Below the pieces are notes generated by a model. That model did not search any database, had not been told where the DNA came from, and saw nothing but the letters and a program-made list of their open reading frames with translations. Positions 33,589 through 44,179 of a stretch of DNA of 64,000 bases are shown piece after piece (positions within the stretch are counted from its first letter, which is position 1; every line of letters starts with the position of its first letter). The position numbers and the translations under genes are program-made. Origin of the DNA: Trueperaceae bacterium. Its GTDB lineage: Bacteria > Deinococcota > Deinococci > Deinococcales > Trueperaceae. The stretch is from NCBI GenBank assembly GCA_034520945.1, contig JAXHNB010000006.1, positions 896,001 to 960,000 of the forward strand, read 5' to 3'.

Positions 33589-34818
33589 TCAGGCCGTCTT
33601 GCGTCGCTCCACGCGCTTCAGCAGCCCCGAGGGGTCCAGCACGTCGTCGCGCTCGACCCGTACGGCCGTCACGTCGGAGCCGGGCACTTCGAACATCGCC
33701 TCGTTCAGCGTCCGCTCGAGAATCGAGCGCAAGGCCCGCGCGCCGGTGCCGCGGGCTTGGGCCTGGCGCGCGACCTCGAACAGCGCCTCGCGCGAGAACT
33801 CCAGCGACACCCCGCCGAGCGAGAACAACTGCTGATACTCGCGCACCAGCGCGCCGCGCGGCTGCGTCAGCACGTTCACCAACGCGTTCACGCTGAGTTC
33901 GTGCAGTCGCACGGTCACCGGCAGGCGCCCGATCAGTTCCGGGATCAGCCCGTACTTCATCAGGTCCTCCGGCATCACGTCGGCGTGCGCGACGGCCTCC
34001 TCGTCGCCGGTCTGGAACCCGACGCGGCTGACGTCGACGCGGTTGCGGACGATGTCGTCCAGACCCTCGAACGCCCCGCCGCACAGGAACAGGATGCCGT
34101 GCGTGCGGACCGGGATCAGCTCCTGGTGCGGGTGCTTGCGGCCGCCCTGCGGCGGCACGTGCGCGGTGGTGCCCTCGATCAACTTCAGGAGCGCCTGCTG
34201 GACGCCCTCGCCGGACACGTCCCGCGTGATGGAGGTGCCTTCCGACTTGCGGGCGATCTTGTCGACCTCGTCGAGGTACAAGATCCCGCGCTCGGCGCGG
34301 GCGACGTCGTGGTCCGCCACCTGCAACAGGCGCAGCACGATGTTCTCGACGTCGTCGCCGACGTAGCCGGCTTCGGTCAAGGTGGTGGCGTCGGCGATCG
34401 CGAACGGCACGTCCAGGGATCGCGCCAGCGTCTGCGCCAACAGGGTCTTGCCGGTGCCGGTGGGCCCCACCATCATCACGTTGGCCTTCTGCAGCTCGGC
34501 ACTGGGATGCTGCAGCCGCTTGTAGTGGTTGTACACCGCGACCGACAGCGTCCGCTTGGCGTCCTCCTGCTCGATCACCCACTGCTCGAGGTCGGCCTTG
34601 ATCTCGCGCGGGGTCGGGACCCGCAGCGCGGGCTGGGGGGGTTCGGGTTCCGCCGGTTCCGCCGGTTCCGCCTCGCGGCCGGGGGCATCGGCGTGACTCA
34701 GCACCTCGTCGATCCGGGCGACGCAGTCGTCGCAGATGTGCGTCGCGCCGTCCTCGGCGGCGATCAGGCGACGCACCTCGCCGTGGCCGCGGCCGCAGAA
34801 GCCGCACGTCGGCGCCAC
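33589..34818 (-). CDS. clpX: ATP-dependent Clp protease ATP-binding subunit
   Basis: C4 zinc finger, [36 protein letters not shown] loop. Confidence 0.95.
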   Translation of the reverse strand: MAPTCGFCGRGHGEVRRLIAAEDGATHICDDCVARIDEVLSHADAPGREAEPAEPAEPEPPQPALRVPTPREIKADLEQWVIEQEDAKRTLSVAVYNHYKRLQHPSAELQKANVMMVGPTGTGKTLLAQTLARSLDVPFAIADATTLTEAGYVGDDVENIVLRLLQVADHDVARAERGILYLDEVDKIARKSEGTSITRDVSGEGVQQALLKLIEGTTAHVPPQGGRKHPHQELIPVRTHGILFLCGGAFEGLDDIVRNRVDVSRVGFQTGDEEAVAHADVMPEDLMKYGLIPELIGRLPVTVRLHELSVNALVNVLTQPRGALVREYQQLFSLGGVSLEFSREALFEVARQAQARGTGARALRSILERTLNEAMFEVPGSDVTAVRVERDDVLDPSGLLKRVERRKTA

Positions 34819-34819
34819 G

Positions 34820-35431
34820 TCAGCCTCCGGTGCGGGCCGGCGCCTGCTCGCGCGGCTCGATCACGCGGTCGATCAGACCGTAGCGCTGGGCCGCCTCGGG
34901 GGACATGAAGTTGTCGCGCTCCATGTCGCGGCGCAGCTGCTCGCGCGGGTGGTGGGTGTGACGCTCGTAGATCTCCTCCATGATGCCGCGAATCTCGGCG
35001 TACTCGCGGGCCTGCACCTCCAGGTCCGGCAGGCTGCTGCGCGGGAATCCCGCCGACCCGGCGTGAATCATGATCCGGCTGTGGGGGAGGGCCACCCGGT
35101 GGCCGGCCTCGCCTGCCGCCAGGATCACCGAACCCATCGACATCGCCACCCCCACGCAGTTGGTGTGCACGGGCGCCCGGACGTACTGCATCACGTCGTA
35201 GATCGCCAGTCCCGCGTACACCTCGCCGCCGGGACAGTTCAGGAACAGGTTGATGGGCTGTTCCGACGACTGCGATTCCAGCAACAACAACTGGGCGACC
35301 ACCACGTTGGCGATCTCCGAGTCGATCGGGGATCCGAGGAAGATGATCCGCTCCTTGAGGAGGCGGCTGTATACGTCGTAGGTCCGTTCCCCGCGACCGG
35401 TCTGTTCGATGACGTACGGAACCAGCGGCAT
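34820..35431 (-). CDS. clpP: ATP-dependent Clp protease proteolytic subunit
   Basis: [20 protein letters not shown] (Ser), IMIH, ERDNFM. Confidence 0.95.
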   Translation of the reverse strand: MPLVPYVIEQTGRGERTYDVYSRLLKERIIFLGSPIDSEIANVVVAQLLLLESQSSEQPINLFLNCPGGEVYAGLAIYDVMQYVRAPVHTNCVGVAMSMGSVILAAGEAGHRVALPHSRIMIHAGSAGFPRSSLPDLEVQAREYAEIRGIMEEIYERHTHHPREQLRRDMERDNFMSPEAAQRYGLIDRVIEPREQAPARTGG

Positions 35432-35516
35432 GGCGGCATGCTACCAGAGCGCCGCGGCGGCCCGACGTGCGCTGCAGGCGGCAGGGAAGGCGCACACGGC
35501 GCCCCGGCGCGGGGCG

Positions 35517-36866
35517 TCACTCGGCCGGATTCGCCTCGGCGTCGTCGGGTGGCGTGTCGCTGCCGGGCGTCGTGCCCGCTTCGTCGGAAGCGCTGGGGGA
35601 CGACGTCTCGGCCCGCTCGGCCACCGCCGCGCGGAGGGCCTTGTCGCGCCGCAGCAGGAACCGGTAGTTGCGCAACCAGGTGTCGCCGCGCTCGCGCCGG
35701 AAGGTCTCGGCGTCCTTGCCGGCCCTCGCCGCCATCTGGCGGACCGCTTCGTCGAACTCGGCGTCGGAGACCTCGGCCGGGCGTTCCTCCAGCAGCTTCT
35801 CCAGCACCAGGTCTCGGCGCACGCCCTTTTCGGCGCTACTCTTCAGCTCGGCGTCGAATTCTTCGCGCTTGTCGTCGGCTTCGAGGCGCTGCAGGTAGGC
35901 GTCCAACTCCATGCCCTTCTGGCGCAGATCATCGGCGAGCTCCTCCAACAACTGACCCTGGCGGCGCCGCACCAAATGATCGGGAAGCGGCGGGTCGGCC
36001 TGTTCCATCAGCTTGTCGACGAACTCTTCGCGCCGCTGCTCGTCGGCGCGTTCCTGGGTTTCGCGCTCCAGGCTGCCGCGGATGGCGTCCAGGACCTCGG
36101 ACCAGGACTCGAGTCCGAGCGTCGCCGCGAAGGCGTCGTCCGCGTCCGGCTTGTCCTTCTCCTTGACGTCCTCGATCCGGACCCGCATGGTGGAGGTGCC
36201 CTCGGCGCCCTCCTGGTCGCGCTGGGAGGGATCCTCGACCGTCAGGGTGAGCGTTTCGCCGATGCCGTGCCCCACGAGCTGTTCCGCCAACTCGTCGCCG
36301 ACCCGTTCCAGGTCGAGCGGCATCACGTTGCCCTCTTCGCGCGGTTCGTCGTTCTCGTCCAACGTGGTGATCAGGACCTGATCGCCCGGCTCCGCCTTGC
36401 GGTCGACCGGCACCAGGGTGGCGTGCTCACGCCTCAGGTTCTCGACCGTCTCGTCGATCTGCGCGTCCGTGACCGGCTCCGCCTCGGTGTCCAGCACGAT
36501 CTCCGACAGGTCCGGAAGCGAGAACTCCGGGTACAGGTCGAGGTGCAGCTCGAACTCGTACGCCTCGCCACGGATGGGTTCCTCGCCGTGCACGTGGGCG
36601 TGCACGGGCGCCAGGTCGTGCTCGCGGACCGCCTCGGGGTACACCTCGTCGATCAGCACCTCGCGGACCTCCTGGCGCAACGCGTCCTCACCGATCTTGC
36701 GGATCAGCACGCCGCGCGGCACCTTTCCGGGCCGAAAGCCGGGCACCTTGACCTGGCGCGCGTAGCGGTCCAGCACCTGGTCGAAGGTGGCGTCCACCTG
36801 CGAGGCGTCGATCGTGACGCCGAGGGTGGCCTTGACGGGTTGCTTGTCCTTGAGGACGGTCTCCAT
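35517..36866 (-). CDS. tig: Trigger factor
   Basis: VPGFRPGKVP ribosome-binding signature; upstream of clpP-clpX. Confidence 0.93.
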   Translation of the reverse strand: METVLKDKQPVKATLGVTIDASQVDATFDQVLDRYARQVKVPGFRPGKVPRGVLIRKIGEDALRQEVREVLIDEVYPEAVREHDLAPVHAHVHGEEPIRGEAYEFELHLDLYPEFSLPDLSEIVLDTEAEPVTDAQIDETVENLRREHATLVPVDRKAEPGDQVLITTLDENDEPREEGNVMPLDLERVGDELAEQLVGHGIGETLTLTVEDPSQRDQEGAEGTSTMRVRIEDVKEKDKPDADDAFAATLGLESWSEVLDAIRGSLERETQERADEQRREEFVDKLMEQADPPLPDHLVRRRQGQLLEELADDLRQKGMELDAYLQRLEADDKREEFDAELKSSAEKGVRRDLVLEKLLEERPAEVSDAEFDEAVRQMAARAGKDAETFRRERGDTWLRNYRFLLRRDKALRAAVAERAETSSPSASDEAGTTPGSDTPPDDAEANPAE

Positions 36867-36936
36867 GGCGGTCTCCATTCCGGGCGTGGGGGCACCGGCG
36901 TGCCAAAACGATCGGCAAGCTCGCGCTTGCCGATGG

Positions 36937-37021
36937 TGGTGCGAGGAGCGGGACTTGAACCCGCACGGACAAAGCCACCAGATCCTAAGTCTGGCGCGTC
37001 TACCAATTCCGCCATCCTCGC
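36937..37021 (-). tRNA. tRNA-Leu(TAG)
   Basis: GCGAGGATGGCGGAATTGGTAGACGCG...CCAGA-CTTAGGA-TCTGG, long variable arm, GTTCAAGTC, encoded CCA. Confidence 0.97.
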
Positions 37022-37118
37022 GCGCGGTCCACGCTGGCGCGCGGCCGAACGGCCCGCGGAAGCTCTTGGCGACGGCCCGCGAAGAGGCACCTCGGCGCCC
37101 GTCCGGTACGAAAATAGG

Positions 37119-37195
37119 TGGGGTGGATGATGGGATTTGAACCCATGGCCCCCGGAACCACAATCCGGTGCTCTAACCCCTGAGCTACACCCACC
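37119..37195 (-). tRNA. tRNA-His(GTG)
   Basis: G-1 and C73, anticodon GTG, GTTCAAATC, encoded CCA. Confidence 0.97.
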
Positions 37196-37297
37196 GCGCA
37201 CGCGCCAGAAAGTGTACCAGACGCGCGGCCTCTGGCAAGGTCCCGGGCGACCTGGCCGCCTCGCTGGTGGAGGGCGGGGTCCCGCCAGGTGAACCCG

Positions 37298-37373
37298 TGG
37301 TGCACCAGGAAGGATTCGAACCCTCGACCTACCGCTTAGAAGGCGGCTGCTCTATCCCCTGAGCTACTGGTGC
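37298..37373 (-). tRNA. tRNA-Arg(TCT)
   Basis: GCACCAGTAGCTCAGGGGATAGAGCA, anticodon loop CTTCTAA, GTTCGAATC, CCA. Confidence 0.97.
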
Positions 37374-37383
37374 AGAAGAGGAG

Positions 37384-37459
37384 TGGAGCGGGAGACGGGA
37401 TTCGAACCCGCGACATTCAGCTTGGAAGGCTGACGCTCTACCAACTGAGCTACTCCCGC
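37384..37459 (-). tRNA. tRNA-Gly(TCC)
   Basis: GCGGGAGTAGCTCAGTTGGTAGAGCG, anticodon loop CTTCCAA, U73, CCA. Confidence 0.97.
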
Positions 37460-37667
37460 ACCGGGGGGCGCGCGACCGGAACGGTGCCAGGGTCGGCCTG
37501 CGCTCGCGAAGAATGTAGCACGGCGTGGGCGCGCACGCCAGCGGCGGGTCCGGCGGCATGACCTGCTCGGTATCGCGTGCGGGCCGGAGGCCGGGATCCG
37601 CGATCCAGCCGTGCGCCGCCGCGCGGGAACATCATGTCCCATACGTGAGCGCTAGAGTTGCATCTAT

Positions 37668-40643
37668 ATGCGACTCCGTACGCTCGGCACCCTCGAGCTG
37701 GAGGGGGCTGAGTTCACGCGCCCGAAACCGCTGCTGCTGCTGGCGTACCTGGCGCTGGAAGGCCCACAGGAGCGACGGTTCGTCGCCTCCCTGTTCTGGC
37801 CGGGACGGCGGGACGCCATGAACAGCCTCACCGTCGCATTGAGCCGGTTGCGGCAGGGTGCGTCGGGCGCGGTGCAGGCCGACGGGCGGCGGGTGTGGAC
37901 CGATGTCACCTCCGACGCGGCGCAGTTCCTGTCGTTGCTGGAGCACCGCCAGATCGAAGAGGCTCTTGGGGCGTATCACGGGCCGTTCCTGGCGGGGGTG
38001 CACCCGCGCCATGTGGGCGTCGAGTTGGAGGAGTGGATTTGGAGGACGCGGGAGTACCTGGCGGGGCTGGCGCAGGACGCCATGCTGGACTCGGCGGAGC
38101 GTGAGGCGGCCCGGCGTCGCTTCACGGCTGCCGCGCGGTCGGCCGAGAAGGCGTTCGAGCTGGCCTCGACCGCGCCCGAACCGGAGACCCTGGCCCGCCT
38201 GCACACGCTCCTGCTGGCGGGGGAGAGCCTCAAGACGGCGCGGGTGCGCCGCGAGGCCGAGGAGTTCGGCTTGTCGCTCGTCGACAGTGTCGACGCGGCC
38301 CGCGCGCGTGTGCAGGCGTCGATCGGAGGGGGCGGGCCGGGAACGTCGCACAACCTGGACGCGCTGGGCGGTCGGGACACGGGATACGTGGGGCGCGACC
38401 TTGACATGACCGAGGTGGCGACGCAGCTGTCCCGTCCGGAGTGCAGGGTCCTGACGCTGGTCGGCGTGGCGGGGGTCGGCAAGACGCGCCTGGCGCGCCA
38501 AGTGGCGCAGGAGCAACTCACGTTGGGCGCATTCCCAGGGGGCGTGATCGGGGTGCCGCTCGAGTACGTGCGTTCGCCCGAGGCCGTGCCCGCCACCATC
38601 GCGGCGGCGCTCGACGTCGACGTGCATCGCACCCAGGACGTGCATCGTTCGCTCGCGAGCCGACTCGGCGAGGCGCCGGCGCTGCTGGTGCTGGACAACT
38701 TCGAGCACCTGATGGACGCTGCGGTGGAGGTGTCGTCGCTGGTGCGGGCCTGTCCCGAGCTGACGGTGCTGGTGACCTCGCGCGAGCGACTGAACCTGGA
38801 AGGCGAGCACATCTACCGCGTCACGGGCCTGCCGTTCCCGGCCGACGACGACGTGGGGGAGGACGAGGCGTACGGGTTCGACGCGGTGCGGCTGTTCGTG
38901 CGGCGGGCGCAGCGGGCGCGGCCGGACTACGAATTCACGGCGGACGAAGTCCCCCACGTGATCAGGATCTGCCGCCTGGTGGAGGGCCTGCCTCTCGGGT
39001 TGGAACTGGCGGCGGTGTGGGCGAAGGCCATGACCAGCCGCGAGATCGCCGAGGAACTCGAACGCGACCTGGACCTGCTGATCACGCCCAGTCGGGACGT
39101 CGCCGAACGACATCAGAGCCTCCGCGCTGCGTTCGAGCACTCCTGGCGGCTCCTGGCGCACGACGAGCAGCAGGTGCTCCGGGAGCTCGCCTGCTTCCAG
39201 GGCGGTTTTCGCCGCCGCGCCGCCGGCGAGGTGGCGGGCGCCACCATCCCGATCCTCGCCTCGCTGGTCGACAAGTCGTTGCTGCGCGTGGACGCGACGG
39301 GCAGGTTCGACCGGCACCCGCTGCTGTACCAGTACACCGAGGGGAAGTTGCAAGAGGGCGGCGACCGTGCACACGAGGTGTGCGAACGCCACGCGGCCTA
39401 CCACGTGCGCCTGTTGGACGCGTACGGCGCGGAGGTGCACGCGGGCGAACAGGGCGAGATGCTCGACGTCATCGACGAGGAGCTCGAGAACCTGCGGGCG
39501 GCGTGGCACTGGACGATCGACCAGCGGCGCTTCGATCGGGTCCGTCGCATGATCGACCCGTTGGCCTGGTTCTTCAAGATCCGCGGTCGGTGGCAGGAGG
39601 GCATCGACTTCCTCGATGCGGCGGTGGGGCGCACCGGCGACGACGAAGCGGTGGACCGGTCGGTCCTGGGAAGCGTGTACACCGCGCAGGCCAGACTGCT
39701 TCAGGAGTTGGGCCGGTACGAGGAGGCCGCCCGGCTGGCGCACCGGGGGTTGGCGTCGCTGCAGCCGGACCGGGACGCGCAGGGCACGCTACGGGGATTG
39801 GACACGCTGGCGCGCGTCGCCTGGCGCTCCGGACGGTCCGCGGAGGCGAAGGTGTACTGGGACAAGGCGCTGGACGTCGCCCAGGCACACGACGATCCGC
39901 AATCCACCGTGGTGTTCCTGGGTGACGTCGCCATGATCGAGCAGGAGTTGGGCGACTACGTCAGCGCCGAACGCACCTACGGAGAAGCGCTGGAACGGAG
40001 CCGGGAGGGAGGCAACCAGCTGCACGTCATCCGCAACCTGAACAACCTGGGCGAGCTCTGCCTCCTCACCGATCGTCCAGCGAAGGCGCGCGATCTGGTC
40101 GTGGACAGCATCGCCCGCGCGGAGCGCATCTCATTTCACGGCATCCTTCCGTACCTGACCCTGAACCTGGGCCTGATCGCGTTCGAGCAGGGCGATCTGC
40201 AGGAGGCCGAAGCCAAGCATCACGAGGCCCTGCGCCAAGCGGGCGATACCGGCGATCCGTCGCTCCGGGCCCGTGCCTTGGCGGGCCTCAGCCGCTTGTC
40301 CGTGGCGTCGGGCGCGCTGGGTCGCGCCGCTGCGTACGCCGAGGAGGCGATGCGGTTGTCGTGGGAGATTCGCGACATGCCGGACGTGTTGGCGTCGGTC
40401 GTCTCGCTGGCCGAGCTGCGCGCCCAGCAGGGACGGCCAGCGGACGCCGCCGGCCTGCTGAGCCTGGTGTTGCGCCACCCGGCCACCAGCCAGATCGATC
40501 GCCGTCGCACGCACCGGTTGCTGCACGACGTGCGGAACGAACTCACGCCCAAGGCACTGGTCGATGCGATGGAACGCGGCCGGGAGCGCGGGCTGGCCGA
40601 CGTGGTGACGTCGGCACTGCAGGCGCCCTCGGCCGGGCCATGA
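37668..40643 (+). CDS. AfsR/SARP-like regulator: N-terminal wHTH/BTAD, STAND (NB-ARC) ATPase, TPR repeats
   Basis: MRLRTLG..KPLLLLAYLAL; GVAGVGKT; LLVLDNFE; VTSRE; EGLPLGLELAA; C-terminal TPRs. Confidence 0.88.
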   Translation: MRLRTLGTLELEGAEFTRPKPLLLLAYLALEGPQERRFVASLFWPGRRDAMNSLTVALSRLRQGASGAVQADGRRVWTDVTSDAAQFLSLLEHRQIEEALGAYHGPFLAGVHPRHVGVELEEWIWRTREYLAGLAQDAMLDSAEREAARRRFTAAARSAEKAFELASTAPEPETLARLHTLLLAGESLKTARVRREAEEFGLSLVDSVDAARARVQASIGGGGPGTSHNLDALGGRDTGYVGRDLDMTEVATQLSRPECRVLTLVGVAGVGKTRLARQVAQEQLTLGAFPGGVIGVPLEYVRSPEAVPATIAAALDVDVHRTQDVHRSLASRLGEAPALLVLDNFEHLMDAAVEVSSLVRACPELTVLVTSRERLNLEGEHIYRVTGLPFPADDDVGEDEAYGFDAVRLFVRRAQRARPDYEFTADEVPHVIRICRLVEGLPLGLELAAVWAKAMTSREIAEELERDLDLLITPSRDVAERHQSLRAAFEHSWRLLAHDEQQVLRELACFQGGFRRRAAGEVAGATIPILASLVDKSLLRVDATGRFDRHPLLYQYTEGKLQEGGDRAHEVCERHAAYHVRLLDAYGAEVHAGEQGEMLDVIDEELENLRAAWHWTIDQRRFDRVRRMIDPLAWFFKIRGRWQEGIDFLDAAVGRTGDDEAVDRSVLGSVYTAQARLLQELGRYEEAARLAHRGLASLQPDRDAQGTLRGLDTLARVAWRSGRSAEAKVYWDKALDVAQAHDDPQSTVVFLGDVAMIEQELGDYVSAERTYGEALERSREGGNQLHVIRNLNNLGELCLLTDRPAKARDLVVDSIARAERISFHGILPYLTLNLGLIAFEQGDLQEAEAKHHEALRQAGDTGDPSLRARALAGLSRLSVASGALGRAAAYAEEAMRLSWEIRDMPDVLASVVSLAELRAQQGRPADAAGLLSLVLRHPATSQIDRRRTHRLLHDVRNELTPKALVDAMERGRERGLADVVTSALQAPSAGP

Positions 40644-40677
40644 GGGCGCGGAGGTGGATCCGCGGGGACTCGTGAAG

Positions 40678-40725
40678 TGGTCGGGGCGGCAGGATTCGAA
40701 CCTGCGACCCCCTGCTCCCAAAGCA
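40678..40725 (-). repeat. att site: 3' half of tRNA-Pro(TGG) only
   Basis: Minus strand TGCTTTGGGAGCAGGGGGTCGCAGGTTCGAATCCTGCCGCCCCGACCA has anticodon arm, T arm and CCA. No D arm or 5' acceptor strand upstream. Confidence 0.9.
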
Positions 40726-41170
40726 CGCCCACGAATGTCGCTGGGCTATGGGGTGATCTCGTAGGGTCGAGCCCCACAGCATTTCTGAGAGGTTGAGGCC
40801 TGGTCTACGTGTGCCCCGTATGGCCAGTTGAGATCCGGTTCGCGTGGAGCGACACACCAGATGACCCACCAAAAGGAGATCCTCTCTCGGGACCAGGCCA
40901 CAAGCAGAACCGACCCCTCTATGGAGGGCCACACGTGCGAAGACTGGGCTGGGCCAGGAGGCGCGGCAAAGCGGCTCCACCGCGGGCGGGGACGGTGAGG
41001 AACGTGCAGTGGTCCTTGAATCGCATGCCTCTCACGGAATGACCAACCCTCCGTCGAAACCAGGATACTTCGATATGTGTCAAGCCACGCGCACGCCATT
41101 CACGTCCACTGAAACGGGACGCTGGAATCGATCATGGTATAAAAAAGCCCGTCAGAGACGCAAACGCGTA

Positions 41171-41199
41171 TGGACTTGCGCGGCGTGGTTTGGTAGAAT
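41171..41199 (+). promoter_or_regulatory. Candidate promoter for the xis-primase operon
   Basis: TGGACT-N17-TAGAAT with extended TG. A hairpin GAGCGGCCGC...GCGGCCGCTC (41246-41283) follows it. Confidence 0.45.
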
Positions 41200-41327
41200 T
41201 GTTTCCGTACGGGCAGTTGAAGTCGCGTACACACAAGTGAAGGCAGAGCGGCCGCTCTCCGGCAAGAGTAAATGCGGCCGCTCCCTAGCCCGGGCCATGA
41301 GGCTCGGTGGTTCACAAAGGAACCCCA

Positions 41328-41591
41328 ATGAGAATAGCAGAAAAACAGGCTGTCTACATCGTGCCTCTTCGCGATCCTCGTGTGCGCGAGCTCATTGATG
41401 TGCCCTTGTCGTCGCTCTACGAGATGGCTCGCCGATCTCCCCCTACGCTCCCTGGCGTTGTGCGCGTCGGGCGCCGCGTGATGATCGACCTGGTGGTGCT
41501 CCAGGAATGGGCGCGGTCCGCAGCGCGGTCGCGGTCCGAGCATGGGGCGACTTTGGATCTGCGCGCATCGGCCGAGGGCGATGCCTCCTAG
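41328..41591 (+). CDS. Excisionase/AlpA-like winged HTH protein
   Basis: LIDVPLSSLYEMARR...LPGVVRVGRRVMID...LQEW matches the xis/HTH_17 pattern; AAGGA RBS. Confidence 0.75.
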   Translation: MRIAEKQAVYIVPLRDPRVRELIDVPLSSLYEMARRSPPTLPGVVRVGRRVMIDLVVLQEWARSAARSRSEHGATLDLRASAEGDAS

Positions 41592-41689
41592 GCGCGCTCG
41601 TAGGGAGGCTCCGGAAGGCACGACCGGGGAGGACGTCACGGAGGCGAGTGAACACGGCCTCAGTGCCCCGTCGTCCGCGAGCCGTTGTG

Positions 41690-44179
41690 ATGACGTCAGC
41701 CGCTAACGACAAGCGTGGGGTGGGGCGTGCTGCTACCGCGGCTGAGCGACCCAGCGGCGATAGGAAATCTGACCAGTACGGCCGCCACGTGCCTGAGATC
41801 GATCCGCCGAACTGGCAGGCCGTTCCACCGGAGATCCGTGAAGCTCGCGTGTGGGTGCTTTGGCACTACGAAGAGCGGAGCGGCAGGTGGACGAAAGTCC
41901 CGTACCAGCCCGATCGCCAGCGGCGTGCCGCGTCGGACAATCCCGACACGTGGACCACGCTTGACGAAGCGGCCGCTGCCCTTCGCCCGGGTTGGGGCCT
42001 TGGCATCATGTTCCGGCCTGAGGACGACATTATGGGCGTTGACATCGACCACGGCCGCGACCCCGACACGGGCGAGCTGTTCGACGAAGCGCGCGACATC
42101 GTGGAGACCCTCAACAGCTACACCGAGGTGTCGCCCAGCGGCAAGGGCATCCACGTCCTGATATGCGCCAGCCTCGCGGAACTGCACGGTCGCCGGCGCG
42201 GCAGAGTCGAGATGTACGAGTCGGGCCGGTTCTTTACCTTCACCGGAGACGTGGTCGAGATCGGGGGGGCCGGAATGAGTTTCGGCATCGAGCCTCGTCA
42301 GGTGCAGGTCGAAGCGGTCCACGCCCGGTACATCGACCTCACAGAGCGCCAGAAAGCGCCCCGCAGCGCGCCGCGTGGGGTAGCTGTCAGGCACGATGAC
42401 CGCGAGGTTCTTGAGGCCATGTGGCGCAGCAAGAACGGCGACGCGGTCCGTTCGTTGTGGGAGGGTAGGCCTCTCCTGTGGGGCGAGGGCAATCGGTACC
42501 CGTCACAGAGTGAGGCTGACGAGGCGCTTGCGTCGCACCTGGCCTGGTGGACGAACTACGATCGCGTTCAGACGGACCGTCTGTTTCGCGCCTCAGGCCT
42601 CATGCGCTCAAAGTGGGACGAGCCACGCGGCGCCACGACGTACGGGGCGATGACCCTTGATGTAGCGTTCGCGCGGCACGAACCAGGCGATGGCTACACG
42701 GGACGGGGGCCCCTCGTCGGGTCGCGTGAATCGCTCGGCGGTGGAGGGCGATCGGGAGCGAATCCCACCGCTGCGCACCAATCGACACGTGAAGCGGATC
42801 GGGCGTTGGTGGATTACGCGGATACGGATGCCGGCAATGCCGAACGGTTCGTGCACCAGGTTGGCGGTCGGGTCCGGTATGTACCCGGGCTTGGTTGGCA
42901 TCTGTGGACTGGGACGCATTGGCAGCCCGACCCGAGCGAACTTGTACAGCAACACGCGATTGACACCCTCCGCTCAACAGGAGCTGCTGCAGAGCTTCAT
43001 GCGGAGGGCAATCGGCGACGTGATCTACGTAAGCACGTTCTGACGAGCGAATCCTTGCCGCGCCTGCGTGCCATGGTTGAGCTGGCCCGCACCGACGCCC
43101 GTATCCACACGCTCGTGGATGCCCTCGACGCCGAGGCATGGATGCTCAATGTGGAGAACGGCATGCTTGACTTGCGGACGGGAAGGCTGCACCCGCACGA
43201 TCGGAATGCGCTGTTCACCCGTGTTGCGCCAGTCCGCTTCGAGCCCGATGCTGAGCATCCCGCCCTTCACGCCTTGCTCGATGTCCTTGGCCAGGACGAC
43301 CGGGCCGAGTACCTCCGGAGCGTTGCCGGCCAAGCGCTGACCGGTCGTGGCGCGAAGCGAGCGTACGTGTGGACTGGTCCGAGCGGCACGGTGAAGAGCA
43401 CGACCGCCGATGCGCTCGCTGCCGTGCTGGGTGCATACGCCGTCAGCGTTGAGCCGAGCACGCTTGTCGTGGGTCGGCATGGAGAGGTCGCCGGCAGGGC
43501 TCGCGCCGACCTGATCGCTTTGCGCGGCAGGCGCTTCGTCGTCTCCGCTGAGTTACCGAACGGTGGGCGGCTGGATTCCGAACTCGTGAAGCGCATCACC
43601 GGCCAGGACCCCATCACAGCGCGTGCGCCGTACGCACGGACGGGTGTTACCTTTACGCCTGGGCACACGCTCGTCATGCACAGCAATCACGAGCCGCAGG
43701 TCGACTGGAGCGATGACGGCATGCGCAAGCGCCTCGTAACGGTGCCTTTTGCCGTGAAGCCCTCCAACCCAGTGAAACGCGTCCGAATGCAACTCAAGCA
43801 TGACGCAGACGCCCGTGCGGCGGTTCTGGCATGGGCCGTGGTCGGTTCAATGGCGTGGCATCGGGCGGGCGAGCAGGACCCTGAAGCGCCCGAGATCGTC
43901 CGGCAGCGAACCGCAAAGTTCTGGCGGGAGCAGGATCCATTCGCGCCGTGGGCCGAGGAGCGCCTCGATTTCGACGGCGATTCGTTCACGCCGACGGAGG
44001 ACCTCGGCCGCAACTACCAGGACTGGGCCTACGAGAACGGTGAACACCGCCAGAGTACGAAGTCGCTCGGCCGATGGCTGCAAGCGAACTCGCACCGATA
44101 CGGGATCGAGAAGGTCAGGCACGGCAAGGCCGGCACGCGCGGTTGGAAGGGCGTTCGTATCCGAAAGGAAATGGGATGA
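41690..44179 (+). CDS. Phage/plasmid primase-polymerase-helicase (NrS-1-like AEP + helical domain + D5_N + SF3 helicase)
   Basis: WVLW..KVPY, GVDID, YTEVSPSGKGIH (AEP); SEAD..L...LAWW...DRLFRASGLMR.KWD; TDAGNAERF; LNVENGMLDL; KRITGQDPITAR. Start is uncertain. Confidence 0.9.
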   Translation: MTSAANDKRGVGRAATAAERPSGDRKSDQYGRHVPEIDPPNWQAVPPEIREARVWVLWHYEERSGRWTKVPYQPDRQRRAASDNPDTWTTLDEAAAALRPGWGLGIMFRPEDDIMGVDIDHGRDPDTGELFDEARDIVETLNSYTEVSPSGKGIHVLICASLAELHGRRRGRVEMYESGRFFTFTGDVVEIGGAGMSFGIEPRQVQVEAVHARYIDLTERQKAPRSAPRGVAVRHDDREVLEAMWRSKNGDAVRSLWEGRPLLWGEGNRYPSQSEADEALASHLAWWTNYDRVQTDRLFRASGLMRSKWDEPRGATTYGAMTLDVAFARHEPGDGYTGRGPLVGSRESLGGGGRSGANPTAAHQSTREADRALVDYADTDAGNAERFVHQVGGRVRYVPGLGWHLWTGTHWQPDPSELVQQHAIDTLRSTGAAAELHAEGNRRRDLRKHVLTSESLPRLRAMVELARTDARIHTLVDALDAEAWMLNVENGMLDLRTGRLHPHDRNALFTRVAPVRFEPDAEHPALHALLDVLGQDDRAEYLRSVAGQALTGRGAKRAYVWTGPSGTVKSTTADALAAVLGAYAVSVEPSTLVVGRHGEVAGRARADLIALRGRRFVVSAELPNGGRLDSELVKRITGQDPITARAPYARTGVTFTPGHTLVMHSNHEPQVDWSDDGMRKRLVTVPFAVKPSNPVKRVRMQLKHDADARAAVLAWAVVGSMAWHRAGEQDPEAPEIVRQRTAKFWREQDPFAPWAEERLDFDGDSFTPTEDLGRNYQDWAYENGEHRQSTKSLGRWLQANSHRYGIEKVRHGKAGTRGWKGVRIRKEMG

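Noticed and set aside
40678..40760. Functional tRNA-Pro gene
   Set aside because: The D arm and 5' acceptor strand are missing, so it is treated as an att remnant.
40726..41320. Integrase next to the att site
   Set aside because: Only short ORFs are present, with no tyrosine or serine recombinase motifs.
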